Shown here: one piece after another, positions 35,667 through 44,583 of the stretch
Layout of the letters: the number at the start of each line of letters is the position of its first letter
Numbering within the stretch: position 1 is the stretch's first letter
NCBI GenBank assembly: GCA_045614345.1
Contig: JAZLCR010000019.1
Location: forward strand, 1-50,707
Length of the DNA: 50,707 nucleotides
Direction: 5' to 3'
Origin: Candidatus Onthoplasma sp.
Lineage (GTDB): Bacteria; Bacillota; Clostridia; Christensenellales; UBA1242
The notes under the pieces: model-generated
Databases searched by the model: none
Told to the model about the DNA's origin: nothing
Seen by the model: the letters and a program-made list of their open reading frames with translations, nothing else
Program-made: the position numbers and the translations under genes

Positions 35667-36834
35667 AACAATTTTTCACGTTGACATGAATAATTTTTAC
35701 GCATCTGTTGAATGTTTACTTAATCCAAGCATCAAAAATTATGCGGTTGCAGTTGCAGGAGATCCAAACAAGCGAACCGGCATAATTTTGGCAAAAAATT
35801 ATCTTGCAAAAGTTTATGGGGTTAAAACAGGCGAAGCCATTTGGGAGGCCAAACAAAAGTGCCCCACACTAATTTGTGTTGCACCTCATTTTGATAAGTA
35901 TGAAGAATACAGTAAGCGTGCACATGAAATATATAGCAAGTACACTGACTTAATTGAACCATTTGGCATTGATGAATGTTGGCTTGATGTTACCGATAGT
36001 TTAAAACTGTTCAAGTGCTCTGCTGTTGAACTGGCAACAAAGATTCAAAAAGAAATTAAAAACAGCCTTGGTTTATCTGTTTCAATCGGTGTCAGTTGGG
36101 GAAAAACTCTTGCAAAACTTGGCAGTGACATGAAAAAACCAATGGGTCTTACTATAATTGACGAAGGCAACCATATTGATATTATTAAAAAACTTAAAAT
36201 TGAAGATATGATTATGATTGGTCGTCATACTGCTGAAAAACTGCACTCTATGAATGTTAATACCTTGTATGATTTATATCTTTTAAAACCTGAGTTTTTA
36301 AAACAAAAGTTTGGCGTTGTTGGTCAACATCTCCACAATGCAATAAGTGGAATTAATGACGATAAATTAATTTCTCCAACAGATGAAGAAACAAAAAGTG
36401 TCGGAAATGGCTCCACCTCCCCAAAGGATATGACAACCCATACAGAAATCAAAGAGTTTTTACACGATTTATCTGTCAAGGTATCTTCCAGACTTCGCGC
36501 TCTTGAATTTAGTGCAAAAACAATCCATGTGTCTATTAAATTTGCAGACTTTTCTCATGTTGGTGCTCAGGATAGCAAATCGCATTATTTTTCGAATGAA
36601 CAAGATATTTTTAAATATTCTTACGAAATTTTTTGTGGCTTGGTTGGTGAAAAATTTGCACCAATTAGAGCAATTAGAATTTGCACTTCTAATTTTATTA
36701 GCAAAAACAATCCCGAACAGGTAAATCTCTTTGCAAATCAGAAAAATGAAAATCTTTGTTTAACAATTGATAGATTGAAAGAAAAATTTGGTTCAGGAAT
36801 TATCTCTTTTGCAAAGGACTATCGTGAGTTTTAA
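35659..36834 (+). CDS. dinB: DNA polymerase IV (Y-family)
   Basis: IFHVDMNNFYASVE, IDECWLDVT, SIGVS and LKIEDMIMIGRHTAEKL motifs. GGAGA SD 6 nt before the ATG at 35659; the track GTG at 35635 was rejected. Confidence 0.92.
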   Translation: MNRTIFHVDMNNFYASVECLLNPSIKNYAVAVAGDPNKRTGIILAKNYLAKVYGVKTGEAIWEAKQKCPTLICVAPHFDKYEEYSKRAHEIYSKYTDLIEPFGIDECWLDVTDSLKLFKCSAVELATKIQKEIKNSLGLSVSIGVSWGKTLAKLGSDMKKPMGLTIIDEGNHIDIIKKLKIEDMIMIGRHTAEKLHSMNVNTLYDLYLLKPEFLKQKFGVVGQHLHNAISGINDDKLISPTDEETKSVGNGSTSPKDMTTHTEIKEFLHDLSVKVSSRLRALEFSAKTIHVSIKFADFSHVGAQDSKSHYFSNEQDIFKYSYEIFCGLVGEKFAPIRAIRICTSNFISKNNPEQVNLFANQKNENLCLTIDRLKEKFGSGIISFAKDYREF

Positions 36835-36847
36835 ACTCTCAAAACAC

Positions 36848-36877
36848 AAAAACCGCATGTTCAACATGCGGTTTTTC
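36848..36877. terminator. bidirectional terminator between dinB and the convergent gene
   Basis: AAAAACCGCATG-TTCAA-CATGCGGTTTTT. Confidence 0.75.
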
Positions 36878-37746
36878 TATAATGCAACTCCTGTTTTATT
36901 TTCTAAATAAATATTAACTAATGGATAACTTTCTTTCAATTCCGGATGTAAAATTAAAGAAATTTCTTGCAAAATATCTAGTTTTCTCTCAATGTCTGTT
37001 TCTTCTTTAAAATTTTCAATTAACGGCGAAATCTCTTTTTTATCTTTATCATCAATGCTTTCTAGCATTTCTCCAATTATTTTATCTATATTTTTTATTT
37101 CTTTAATTTGATTAAAAATAGAATCAAAATATTTAATCGCTGAATCAAAAGAATCACCAAAATCTTTTAAATCATAATCACAATATATTAACTCCTTTTC
37201 TTTCATAACAGAAAAGACTTCATCTTCTGAAATATCTAATCCCATTTCTTTAAAAAATTCTGATGCTTTAATTAAGGAATATCTCATTGCATCAACCTCA
37301 AACAATGATTGTTCATAATTAGATAGTCTAAACCCCAGAAAAGTGAAATCAATAATTCTTTCTCTAGTTAGCAGTAAATTCTTCTCTGTTGCTTTGGGGT
37401 TATCATATATAAAATAATTTTGCATAAGATGTTTAAGTTCATGAAATGTTTGAAGAATCAACTCAATAAATTCTTTTCTTTCTTCAGTTGTGTCAATTGG
37501 CAATCCTAAATACTTATCCATCTTTAACAATGCTAAATTTGAATATCCAATTTCAACCTGTTGCAGTCCTTCAGGACTTCTTTCAGATTTAACACACCCA
37601 CCCTCATCATAAACTATCTCAAAAATAAAATCAAATTTATACTTTGACTTATACAAATCTGCTATAAAATATAAAACATCTCTAATTTCTTCAAGACTAG
37701 AATTATGAAAATTTTGAACACTGTTTTTTATTGTTGAAATATCCAT
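36877..37746 (-). CDS. hypothetical protein with an HExxH motif
   Basis: 289-aa acidic soluble ORF with a single HELKH motif in FHELKHLMQNY. No family recognised. Confidence 0.55.
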   Translation of the reverse strand: MDISTIKNSVQNFHNSSLEEIRDVLYFIADLYKSKYKFDFIFEIVYDEGGCVKSERSPEGLQQVEIGYSNLALLKMDKYLGLPIDTTEERKEFIELILQTFHELKHLMQNYFIYDNPKATEKNLLLTRERIIDFTFLGFRLSNYEQSLFEVDAMRYSLIKASEFFKEMGLDISEDEVFSVMKEKELIYCDYDLKDFGDSFDSAIKYFDSIFNQIKEIKNIDKIIGEMLESIDDKDKKEISPLIENFKEETDIERKLDILQEISLILHPELKESYPLVNIYLENKTGVAL

Positions 37747-37842
37747 GATTTGCTCCCACCTTTATGTAGTATAGCATAAAAAATAATAAAGTGTATATTT
37801 TTTTTGAGATATAATTTTGGGTTGTTTACATATACTAACTCA

Positions 37843-38379
37843 ATGAAAGCAACTGTTTGGTTATTAATATTTTTTTCTTGCCTTACTTTTTATCTCTCTG
37901 CGTATAATCTTCTTATGGTTAAAACCCATCCTCTTAAATTTGAAACAGAAATCATTAAAAACGCAAACACTTTCAACCTTCCAACAGAATTGGTTGCAAG
38001 TGTTATCAATGTTGAAAGTTCATTTAGAAAAGATTCAAAATCTAGCAGAAATGCAATAGGTCTTATGCAAATTAAACTATCAACCGCCAACTATCTTAAC
38101 CAACTGGAAAATAAAGAAAATATAACCGAAACAGATCTTTTTTCACCGTCAATAAATGTTTATTATGGTTGTAAATATTTAAGATATTTATTAAACAAAT
38201 TTAAAATTTTAAACACTTCACTAGCAGCATATAATGCCGGCGAAACTCGAGTTCGTGAGTGGCTGAAAAAATATTCTACTGATGGGCTTAATTTAAATTA
38301 TATTCCATATATTGAAACTAAAAATTATGTTGAAAAAGTAACTAAAAATATTAAATTCTATTCAAAAATTTTTGCTTAA
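37843..38379 (+). CDS. lytic transglycosylase (SLT domain), membrane-anchored
   Basis: N-terminal TM or signal anchor. Catalytic VINVESSF, GLMQI and AAYNAGETRV motifs. The ATG at 37843 is preferred over the TTG at 37804. Confidence 0.8.
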   Translation: MKATVWLLIFFSCLTFYLSAYNLLMVKTHPLKFETEIIKNANTFNLPTELVASVINVESSFRKDSKSSRNAIGLMQIKLSTANYLNQLENKENITETDLFSPSINVYYGCKYLRYLLNKFKILNTSLAAYNAGETRVREWLKKYSTDGLNLNYIPYIETKNYVEKVTKNIKFYSKIFA

Positions 38380-38462
38380 TATAATAATTTTTGTTAAAAA
38401 ACCATCTAAAAATTGATTTTTTACTTAATTTTTAAACTAAAAACTGACATTTTGAGCATTTT

Positions 38463-39515
38463 TTATTTAAATTTATTTTTGCATTTTTTATTTAAATGTT
38501 TATTTTTTCGAAATTTAAGCATGCAAATTATCATCATAATAATTAATGCTAAAACATAAATACCACTAATAATACCTGATAAAACATATAAATAATCGAC
38601 AATAAAATTGTATCCTAAATTTGAAATAATTAAGTTTATTATTACAATAAAACCGATAATAAAAGTTGATTTTTTACCTTTTGATATTATCTTATATGAA
38701 TTATAAGAACTAATAACAAGCGTTGAAAACAATGCCAACATTAGTGTTAAAAAATAAATGTAATAAAACCATATGCTCACATTTGCACTCAACTCAAACA
38801 TAGGCATTGAAGTTGAAAAACTATTGCTTGCAAAAACTAAAATATTCAATAAAATAATAATACAAACACTTAAAATTACAAATAATTTACCTTTGCTTTT
38901 CAATTTGGTTTCAAACAACATTGGCATTGCTGCAACAAAATTATTAACTCCAAACAAAATACCATAATAAATTGCCATTGCTCCATTTTGAACCACCACT
39001 TCCATATGGACATTTTGTGGCGTTATGTTGTTCAGAGAGTTAATCACAATAACAGTAAGCATTACCGGCACGATAAGATTTGCAATCGCCTTGATTTTTT
39101 TAATTCCACCAATAAGCAAAATAAAAGTTAGCAAATTTAAAATAGTGCTTGGTATTTTATGACCGATATTAAAGAATGTTTTAAATAAATAGTCAGCACC
39201 TGCAAGCATGCCTGCCGAGGTGATAATAAAATTTATAAGCAAAACAATATTTGTTAGCTTGCAAAATTTCCCAAAAACAATTGAATTAAATTTGTCATAA
39301 CTATTAATATTTAACTTATGATTTATGTATTGTATCACAAAGAATAAATATATATACAAAACTGCAAAAGCGCAAAGACCCAAAATTGATGCTCCACCAA
39401 AATCAAAAAAGAAAACACAAATTTCTTTTCCAGATGCGAAACCCACTCCAATAATTGCACTTAAAATTAAAAAATAGTCCACAATAGTGGACCATAATTT
39501 AAACCCACTTCTCAT
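38463..39515 (-). CDS. YkvI-family polytopic membrane protein (transporter-like)
   Basis: 350 aa with about 10-11 TM helices. The N-terminal GVGFASGKEI motif resembles B. subtilis YkvI. Confidence 0.55.
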   Translation of the reverse strand: MRSGFKLWSTIVDYFLILSAIIGVGFASGKEICVFFFDFGGASILGLCAFAVLYIYLFFVIQYINHKLNINSYDKFNSIVFGKFCKLTNIVLLINFIITSAGMLAGADYLFKTFFNIGHKIPSTILNLLTFILLIGGIKKIKAIANLIVPVMLTVIVINSLNNITPQNVHMEVVVQNGAMAIYYGILFGVNNFVAAMPMLFETKLKSKGKLFVILSVCIIILLNILVFASNSFSTSMPMFELSANVSIWFYYIYFLTLMLALFSTLVISSYNSYKIISKGKKSTFIIGFIVIINLIISNLGYNFIVDYLYVLSGIISGIYVLALIIMMIICMLKFRKNKHLNKKCKNKFK

Positions 39516-39549
39516 ATATGTAATATATATGTGAAGTTTGATAAAAAGA

Positions 39550-40245
39550 TTACTTTAACATAATTATTCTATTGCAATGTTCGCAAGCAAGCATTTTGTG
39601 AGTTTTAAGTTTCTCAATAAAGTTGAGAGATAGCTCAACCTTACATCCTCCGCAGAACACATCTTCTAGGTTTACAAAAACTGGGAAAATTCCTTTTTCT
39701 TTCATTGTTAAATATTGATGATATTTATCTTTATCTTGAACTTTTGGTTCAAGTTCTTTGATTCTTTTTTCAATTTCAACAATCTTAGGAGCAATCTCTT
39801 CTTTCTTTTTTTCAATTTGAGTTTTTATTATATTTGCACGTTTTTTAGCCTCTGTTAACTTATTTGAAAGCTCTGCGCTCTTTCTAACAACTTCTTCAGC
39901 CTTACGAACAATTTCTTCAACTTTGCGATTTTCTTCGCTCAATCTACCAACCAAACTATTTGCATCTGTTATTAGTGAACTTGCATTCTCAAGATTTATT
40001 GTTTGCACATTTCTCTTTTTAACAATTTCAATTTCGCCCTTGCATTTTGAAAGTTTGCTTAGCGCGCTATTATATATCTTGATTATCTCATTTGCTTGTG
40101 CTTCGAGTTGCTCAAATCTAACTTTTCCTTCTTGCAACACCTTTTTATAATTTTTAAAATTAATACTTGCAGGACATTTTTCAACGTCTCTTTCCAACAA
40201 TCGAATTTGCCTGTCTAATTTTTGAATTTCTAAAATCGTTTTCAT
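39550..40245 (-). CDS. coiled-coil / C4 zinc-ribbon protein (COG1579, DUF164-like)
   Basis: Long coiled coil followed by CGGC...28 aa...CEHC. TAATG overlap with the sigA stop. Confidence 0.7.
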   Translation of the reverse strand: MKTILEIQKLDRQIRLLERDVEKCPASINFKNYKKVLQEGKVRFEQLEAQANEIIKIYNSALSKLSKCKGEIEIVKKRNVQTINLENASSLITDANSLVGRLSEENRKVEEIVRKAEEVVRKSAELSNKLTEAKKRANIIKTQIEKKKEEIAPKIVEIEKRIKELEPKVQDKDKYHQYLTMKEKGIFPVFVNLEDVFCGGCKVELSLNFIEKLKTHKMLACEHCNRIIMLK

Positions 40246-41348
40246 TATCTTCTTCCTTTTTCTGTGTCATCGTCCTCATCTGCCAAATCATCACGCAAAC
40301 GTTTCAATTTTGATGGATGACGTAATTTCCTTAACGCCTTTGCTTCAATTTGACGAATACGTTCACGTGTTACTGAGAACTCTCTTCCAACTTCTTCAAG
40401 AGTTCTAGGATGAGCATCGTCCAAACCATATCGCAAACGTATTACCTTTTGTTCTCTTGGTGTTAATGTTTCGAGCACACTCATTAATTGTTCTTTGAGC
40501 ATATTTTGCATTGCAACATCTTGAGGTGAAAGTGCATTATCATCTGGAATAAGGTCACCAATTTTGCTGTCTTCTTCATGACCCATTTTGCTTTCCAATG
40601 AAATAGGATCTTGGCTGATTCTCTGAACCTCAACAACCTTTTCAACCGTTGTTCCTAATTTTTCTGCAATTTCTTCTAAAGATGGATCCCTACCCAATTC
40701 TTGAAGCAAATCACGCACAGCCTTGTTATGTCGCAAAATTGTCTCAACCATATGAACAGGAACACGCATAAGTCTTGCTTGGTCACTAATCGCACGTGTG
40801 ATTGACTGACGAATCCACCATGTTCCGTAAGTAGAAAATTTGTAACCCTTTGTGTAGTCAAACTTTTCAACCGCTTTTTGAAGACCTAAGTTCCCTTCTT
40901 GAATAAGGTCTAAGAATGGCATGTTATACTTATTTTGATATTTTTTAGCAATGCTAACAACCAATCTTAAGTTGCTTTCGATAAGCTTGTTTCTAGCATA
41001 TTCACTATGTTCTTCTATTAATTGACGACTAAGTTCTCTTTCTTCATCTGCTGAAAGAAGCGGAATGTTACCAATTTCTTTTAAATACATCTTAACTGGA
41101 TCATTAACATTAATTTGACTAATAATATTTTCCAATTCCTTATCGTCAACAGGAATATCACTTACCGTGTCGTTAATTGTAATTCCATTTGCTGATAAAA
41201 ACGCTTTGATTTGATTGATTTCATCTGCGTTTATATCTTCATATCTATCAACCAATTTTCTGCATAAATTATCTTCTGAAATTGATTTTTGATGATTGTT
41301 TTTAAATTGTTGTAGTAACTTTTGCTCTATTTCTTGAACATTAACCAT
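40245..41348 (-). CDS. sigA: primary RNA polymerase sigma factor
   Basis: Regions 1.2-4.2 are all present ([69 protein letters not shown]). The ATG at 41346-41348 lies 8 nt after GAGGAG and is preferred over the track start 41363. Confidence 0.95.
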   Translation of the reverse strand: MVNVQEIEQKLLQQFKNNHQKSISEDNLCRKLVDRYEDINADEINQIKAFLSANGITINDTVSDIPVDDKELENIISQINVNDPVKMYLKEIGNIPLLSADEERELSRQLIEEHSEYARNKLIESNLRLVVSIAKKYQNKYNMPFLDLIQEGNLGLQKAVEKFDYTKGYKFSTYGTWWIRQSITRAISDQARLMRVPVHMVETILRHNKAVRDLLQELGRDPSLEEIAEKLGTTVEKVVEVQRISQDPISLESKMGHEEDSKIGDLIPDDNALSPQDVAMQNMLKEQLMSVLETLTPREQKVIRLRYGLDDAHPRTLEEVGREFSVTRERIRQIEAKALRKLRHPSKLKRLRDDLADEDDDTEKGRR

Positions 41349-41862
41349 TTGTTTTCTCCTCAAAATTTTCTTTAATGTTTTTTCTTATGTAATAAATCAT
41401 GTAATCTTTAAAATCCAACTTTTCTTTTTCATTATATTTTTCAATTGCTTCAAGTAAGCCAATATTTGCAATTTGAACTAAATCCTGAACATCTGTGTTT
41501 TTATGTAGTGTTGAATAGTTTAAACATAAAAACAGAATATCCCTAAGTTGAGAATTTATAATCTCTTCTTTAATTCTTTCGCTTTTAGTTTCTTTGTATT
41601 GAATCAATCTATCCTTTAAGGTCTTTGAGTTTAAATGTTTTAACTTTTTTATATCAACATAATAATCTAGCACCTTTTCCAAATCACTTTCCGTCAGATC
41701 ATCTCTTTGGCTTGGCCTGAATATTTCTCTAAAATATGCTCGAACATCGTCAAGTTTAAGTCTTCCATTTTGAGCAAGCTCAATATATGTTTCATCAACA
41801 TTTTCAACTTGAAGTGCTGTTAAATATTTATAGAGAGTGTCTGTTTTGTCTATTTTTATCAC
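41341..41862 (-). CDS. truncated sigma-70-like protein (region 2.1-2.2 only)
   Basis: 173-aa intact ORF. It overlaps the dnaG stop by 4 nt and the sigA start by 8 nt. Its C-terminal 70 aa align with SigA regions 2.1-2.2 ([18 protein letters not shown]...[13 protein letters not shown]), and the ORF then ends. Confidence 0.6.
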   Translation of the reverse strand: MIKIDKTDTLYKYLTALQVENVDETYIELAQNGRLKLDDVRAYFREIFRPSQRDDLTESDLEKVLDYYVDIKKLKHLNSKTLKDRLIQYKETKSERIKEEIINSQLRDILFLCLNYSTLHKNTDVQDLVQIANIGLLEAIEKYNEKEKLDFKDYMIYYIRKNIKENFEEKTNG

Positions 41863-43622
41863 TTTCTCTCCTTATTTATAAGCGCATCAATTTCCTGAAT
41901 CTTTTTTAAATATTCAAATTGTTCATCAATTGTTTTTGAGTTACTAATCTGTTGTTTGATGTGCGCCTTTTCAGTTTCTAGTTCATATATTCTAACTTTT
42001 TTAATTGTGTCAGATAAAAACTCTTTATAGTTGTCTGGGAAATTATAATTAATAACTTTATCTATCAACGAATTAGACTTGATTTCAAAGCTATCAAACA
42101 ATGTTGAAACATTATAATCTTTGTTGTTTTCAATTCGACCCCTTAAAAATTCATATAACTCCTTTAACTCATCTTGAGTTAAGAAAAGGGTTGATATATT
42201 TTCTATCTCTGCTTTTTTATATAACATTGAAGCTAAAATGAATATCTTGCTTTCCTTAATTGCATTGTTTTTTATATCTTCAACTGACAATTCCTGCTCT
42301 AAGATTTCAGCTTCTTTTTTTTCTGTTTTGTTCAAACTTTTTCTCAAGGCATCTATTGGAACCCTAACAATTTTTTGAACTTCACTAAGATAGATTTCTT
42401 GCTCAGCAGGGACTGCAAATTTAGAAATATAATTAAGAGCCTCTTGAATATATTTTGTTTTATCTAGATTTGAATTTAAATTATATTTCTTTGCACTGTC
42501 ATTTAAAACAAAATCAACACAATCAAGCCCAGAATACAATTCGTTCAAAAATGCTTCTTTGCCAAATTTTTTGATAAATTCATCTGGATCTTTAGCCTTG
42601 TTTAGTCTCACAACTTTCACATTTAAACCAACTTCTTTAAGCGTGTCAATTGCTTTATAGGTTGCCATGCTTCCAGCACTATCTCCATCCAAACATAAAA
42701 TCACATTATCGACAAGCTGTTTTATCTTCTTTGCATGAAGAGATGTTAATGCCGTTCCCATGCAACCAATTGTGTTTGTTATGCCAACTTGATGGCATGC
42801 AATGACATCTATATGTCCTTCAACGATTATAATAGTATCTAAAATGTGTTGTTTTTTTAGATCTCTTACAAAGTTATATGCAAACAAAATCTCACTTTTA
42901 TTAAACACTGGAGTTTGTGGAGTGTTCTTATATTTTGCCCTTTCAACATTATCTTCAAGAGCTCGTCCAGAATACGCAACAACATCACCAAATCCGTTGA
43001 AAATTGGAAATAATAATCTAGTTCCATAAAAATCATATGCTCCACGATCATTTTTTCCAGCAACTCCTGCTAAAACCATTTCTTCATATGAATAACCAAG
43101 ACTTTTTAAGCGTTTGATTAAATCTTCATAATTTAAACTTGCTCCTATTTGAAATTTATCAATCATTTCATCATTAATGCCTCTTTTTTTAAGATACTGA
43201 GCATGCAATGAATCTGGATTGTTTTTTAGATTTTTATGATAAAATTCAGTTGCGTTTTTAAGAATTTGATAAATTTTGTCTCTTTCTTTTTTCTTTCTTA
43301 TCATTTCATCATTATCTGAAACACTAGGCAATTGCATTCCGCAGTTTTTGCAAAGAATTTCAACCGCTGTCATGAAATCAACATTCTCCACTTTCATCAC
43401 AAGCGTTATAACATTTCCGCTTTCTCCACATCCAAAACATTTAAAAAATTGACCATCTTGTTTAATTGAAAAAGACGGCGTTTTTTCATTATGGAAAGGA
43501 CAACAGGCCCAAAAATTTGCACCACGACGATTCAGAGTTATATATTTGCTTGCAACATCTATAATGTCGTTTTTACATCTTAACTCCTCTAAAAAATCGG
43601 GTGTGAGATTCACATTGTTCAT
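41859..43622 (-). CDS. dnaG: DNA primase
   Basis: Zinc finger CPFHNEKTPSFSI...CFGCG, RNA polymerase core, TOPRIM (VEGHIDV, LDGDSAG) and a C-terminal helicase-interaction domain. Confidence 0.95.
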   Translation of the reverse strand: MNNVNLTPDFLEELRCKNDIIDVASKYITLNRRGANFWACCPFHNEKTPSFSIKQDGQFFKCFGCGESGNVITLVMKVENVDFMTAVEILCKNCGMQLPSVSDNDEMIRKKKERDKIYQILKNATEFYHKNLKNNPDSLHAQYLKKRGINDEMIDKFQIGASLNYEDLIKRLKSLGYSYEEMVLAGVAGKNDRGAYDFYGTRLLFPIFNGFGDVVAYSGRALEDNVERAKYKNTPQTPVFNKSEILFAYNFVRDLKKQHILDTIIIVEGHIDVIACHQVGITNTIGCMGTALTSLHAKKIKQLVDNVILCLDGDSAGSMATYKAIDTLKEVGLNVKVVRLNKAKDPDEFIKKFGKEAFLNELYSGLDCVDFVLNDSAKKYNLNSNLDKTKYIQEALNYISKFAVPAEQEIYLSEVQKIVRVPIDALRKSLNKTEKKEAEILEQELSVEDIKNNAIKESKIFILASMLYKKAEIENISTLFLTQDELKELYEFLRGRIENNKDYNVSTLFDSFEIKSNSLIDKVINYNFPDNYKEFLSDTIKKVRIYELETEKAHIKQQISNSKTIDEQFEYLKKIQEIDALINKERK

Positions 43623-43830
43623 TAAATCTCCCTAACTTATTAACTTAATTAACCAAAACTTTTAAAAGTCCTAAAAAAAATTTAGGAATAATAATAAAAA
43701 CACTGTACATTAAAAAAATATGGTGTTTTAAATTTACCCCTCTTCACTACTTAATACACCATATCTTTTTATTTTCCTAAATTTTATTTTAAATTTTTAA
43801 AAAAACTTTTCATATTAATATCTTTTATTC

Positions 43831-44487
43831 CTACCTATAATAATATCTAGCCTCTAAACTTTGAATCTCATTATTTTCTATTTTTGTTATAAACCCGACA
43901 TCACTTCTAAAAAATGGCGCAAAAATATCTTCAACACCTTCAATTAAAACAAGATGATTTTTAATTCCTTTATAGTTCCCCATTGATATTAACTTCTGCT
44001 TTTCATTCTTAATTCTTGTTTTAAATTCTTTCTTTAAGTCTTTAACGCTTACAACTCCGGTTAATTCAACATTAAACGTTCTAAAATATTTTTCTTTTAA
44101 ACACAAAAAATTTAAAGCTGGATCTAAAATGTATTCTTTTCCATCAAACTCAAAACAAATCCATGAATGGAAATATTCTCGAGTTTTATTTTCATCAAAA
44201 TAAAGGACTCCTCTCTCAATATAGTCTGTGTCTTTAAACATTAGCGCACATGTTTCACTGCTTTGCCAGCACCATCCTTCAAGCAGATTGTTATTTATTA
44301 GGTCTAGCGCTTTTGCCTTACTGCAACCACCTATTCTGATTTCAACCTTTTCTAGTAAACTTGTTAAATATTCAAGCATGTCCGGATCTGAATCTTTTAA
44401 TGTTGTGAGTTGAGCAATAAGCCTTCTGGGTTTCTCGTTTTTGCATTGTTGTATTAAATTATTCATTCTTCTTATAATTTCCAACAT
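43831..44487 (-). CDS. hypothetical protein with a transglutaminase-like Cys-His-Asp pattern
   Basis: 218 aa with no signal peptide. EGWCWQSSETCALMF (candidate nucleophile Cys), then HSWICFEFDGKEYILDP (His...Asp) in the order and spacing typical of transglutaminase-fold peptidases. Confidence 0.45.
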   Translation of the reverse strand: MLEIIRRMNNLIQQCKNEKPRRLIAQLTTLKDSDPDMLEYLTSLLEKVEIRIGGCSKAKALDLINNNLLEGWCWQSSETCALMFKDTDYIERGVLYFDENKTREYFHSWICFEFDGKEYILDPALNFLCLKEKYFRTFNVELTGVVSVKDLKKEFKTRIKNEKQKLISMGNYKGIKNHLVLIEGVEDIFAPFFRSDVGFITKIENNEIQSLEARYYYR

Positions 44488-44543
44488 TGATCTCTTCCCT
44501 CATTTTAAGCAAGTATATCACAAAACTTAAAAAAGTCAATAAG

Positions 44544-44580
44544 CAAAAAAAATAAAAGGCAACCATTAGTGTTGCCTTTT
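44544..44580 (-). terminator. terminator of the giant surface-protease gene
   Basis: AAAAGGCAAC-CATTAGT-GTTGCCTTTT. On the minus strand it is followed by a T run, 4 nt after the stop codon. Confidence 0.7.
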
Positions 44581-44583
44581 AAA

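Noticed and set aside
43718-43764. 9-bp inverted repeat ATATGGTGT...ACACCATAT between dnaG and the transglutaminase-like gene
   Set aside because: It is flanked by A and T runs and may act as a terminator, but the 29-nt loop is too large for a confident intrinsic-terminator call.
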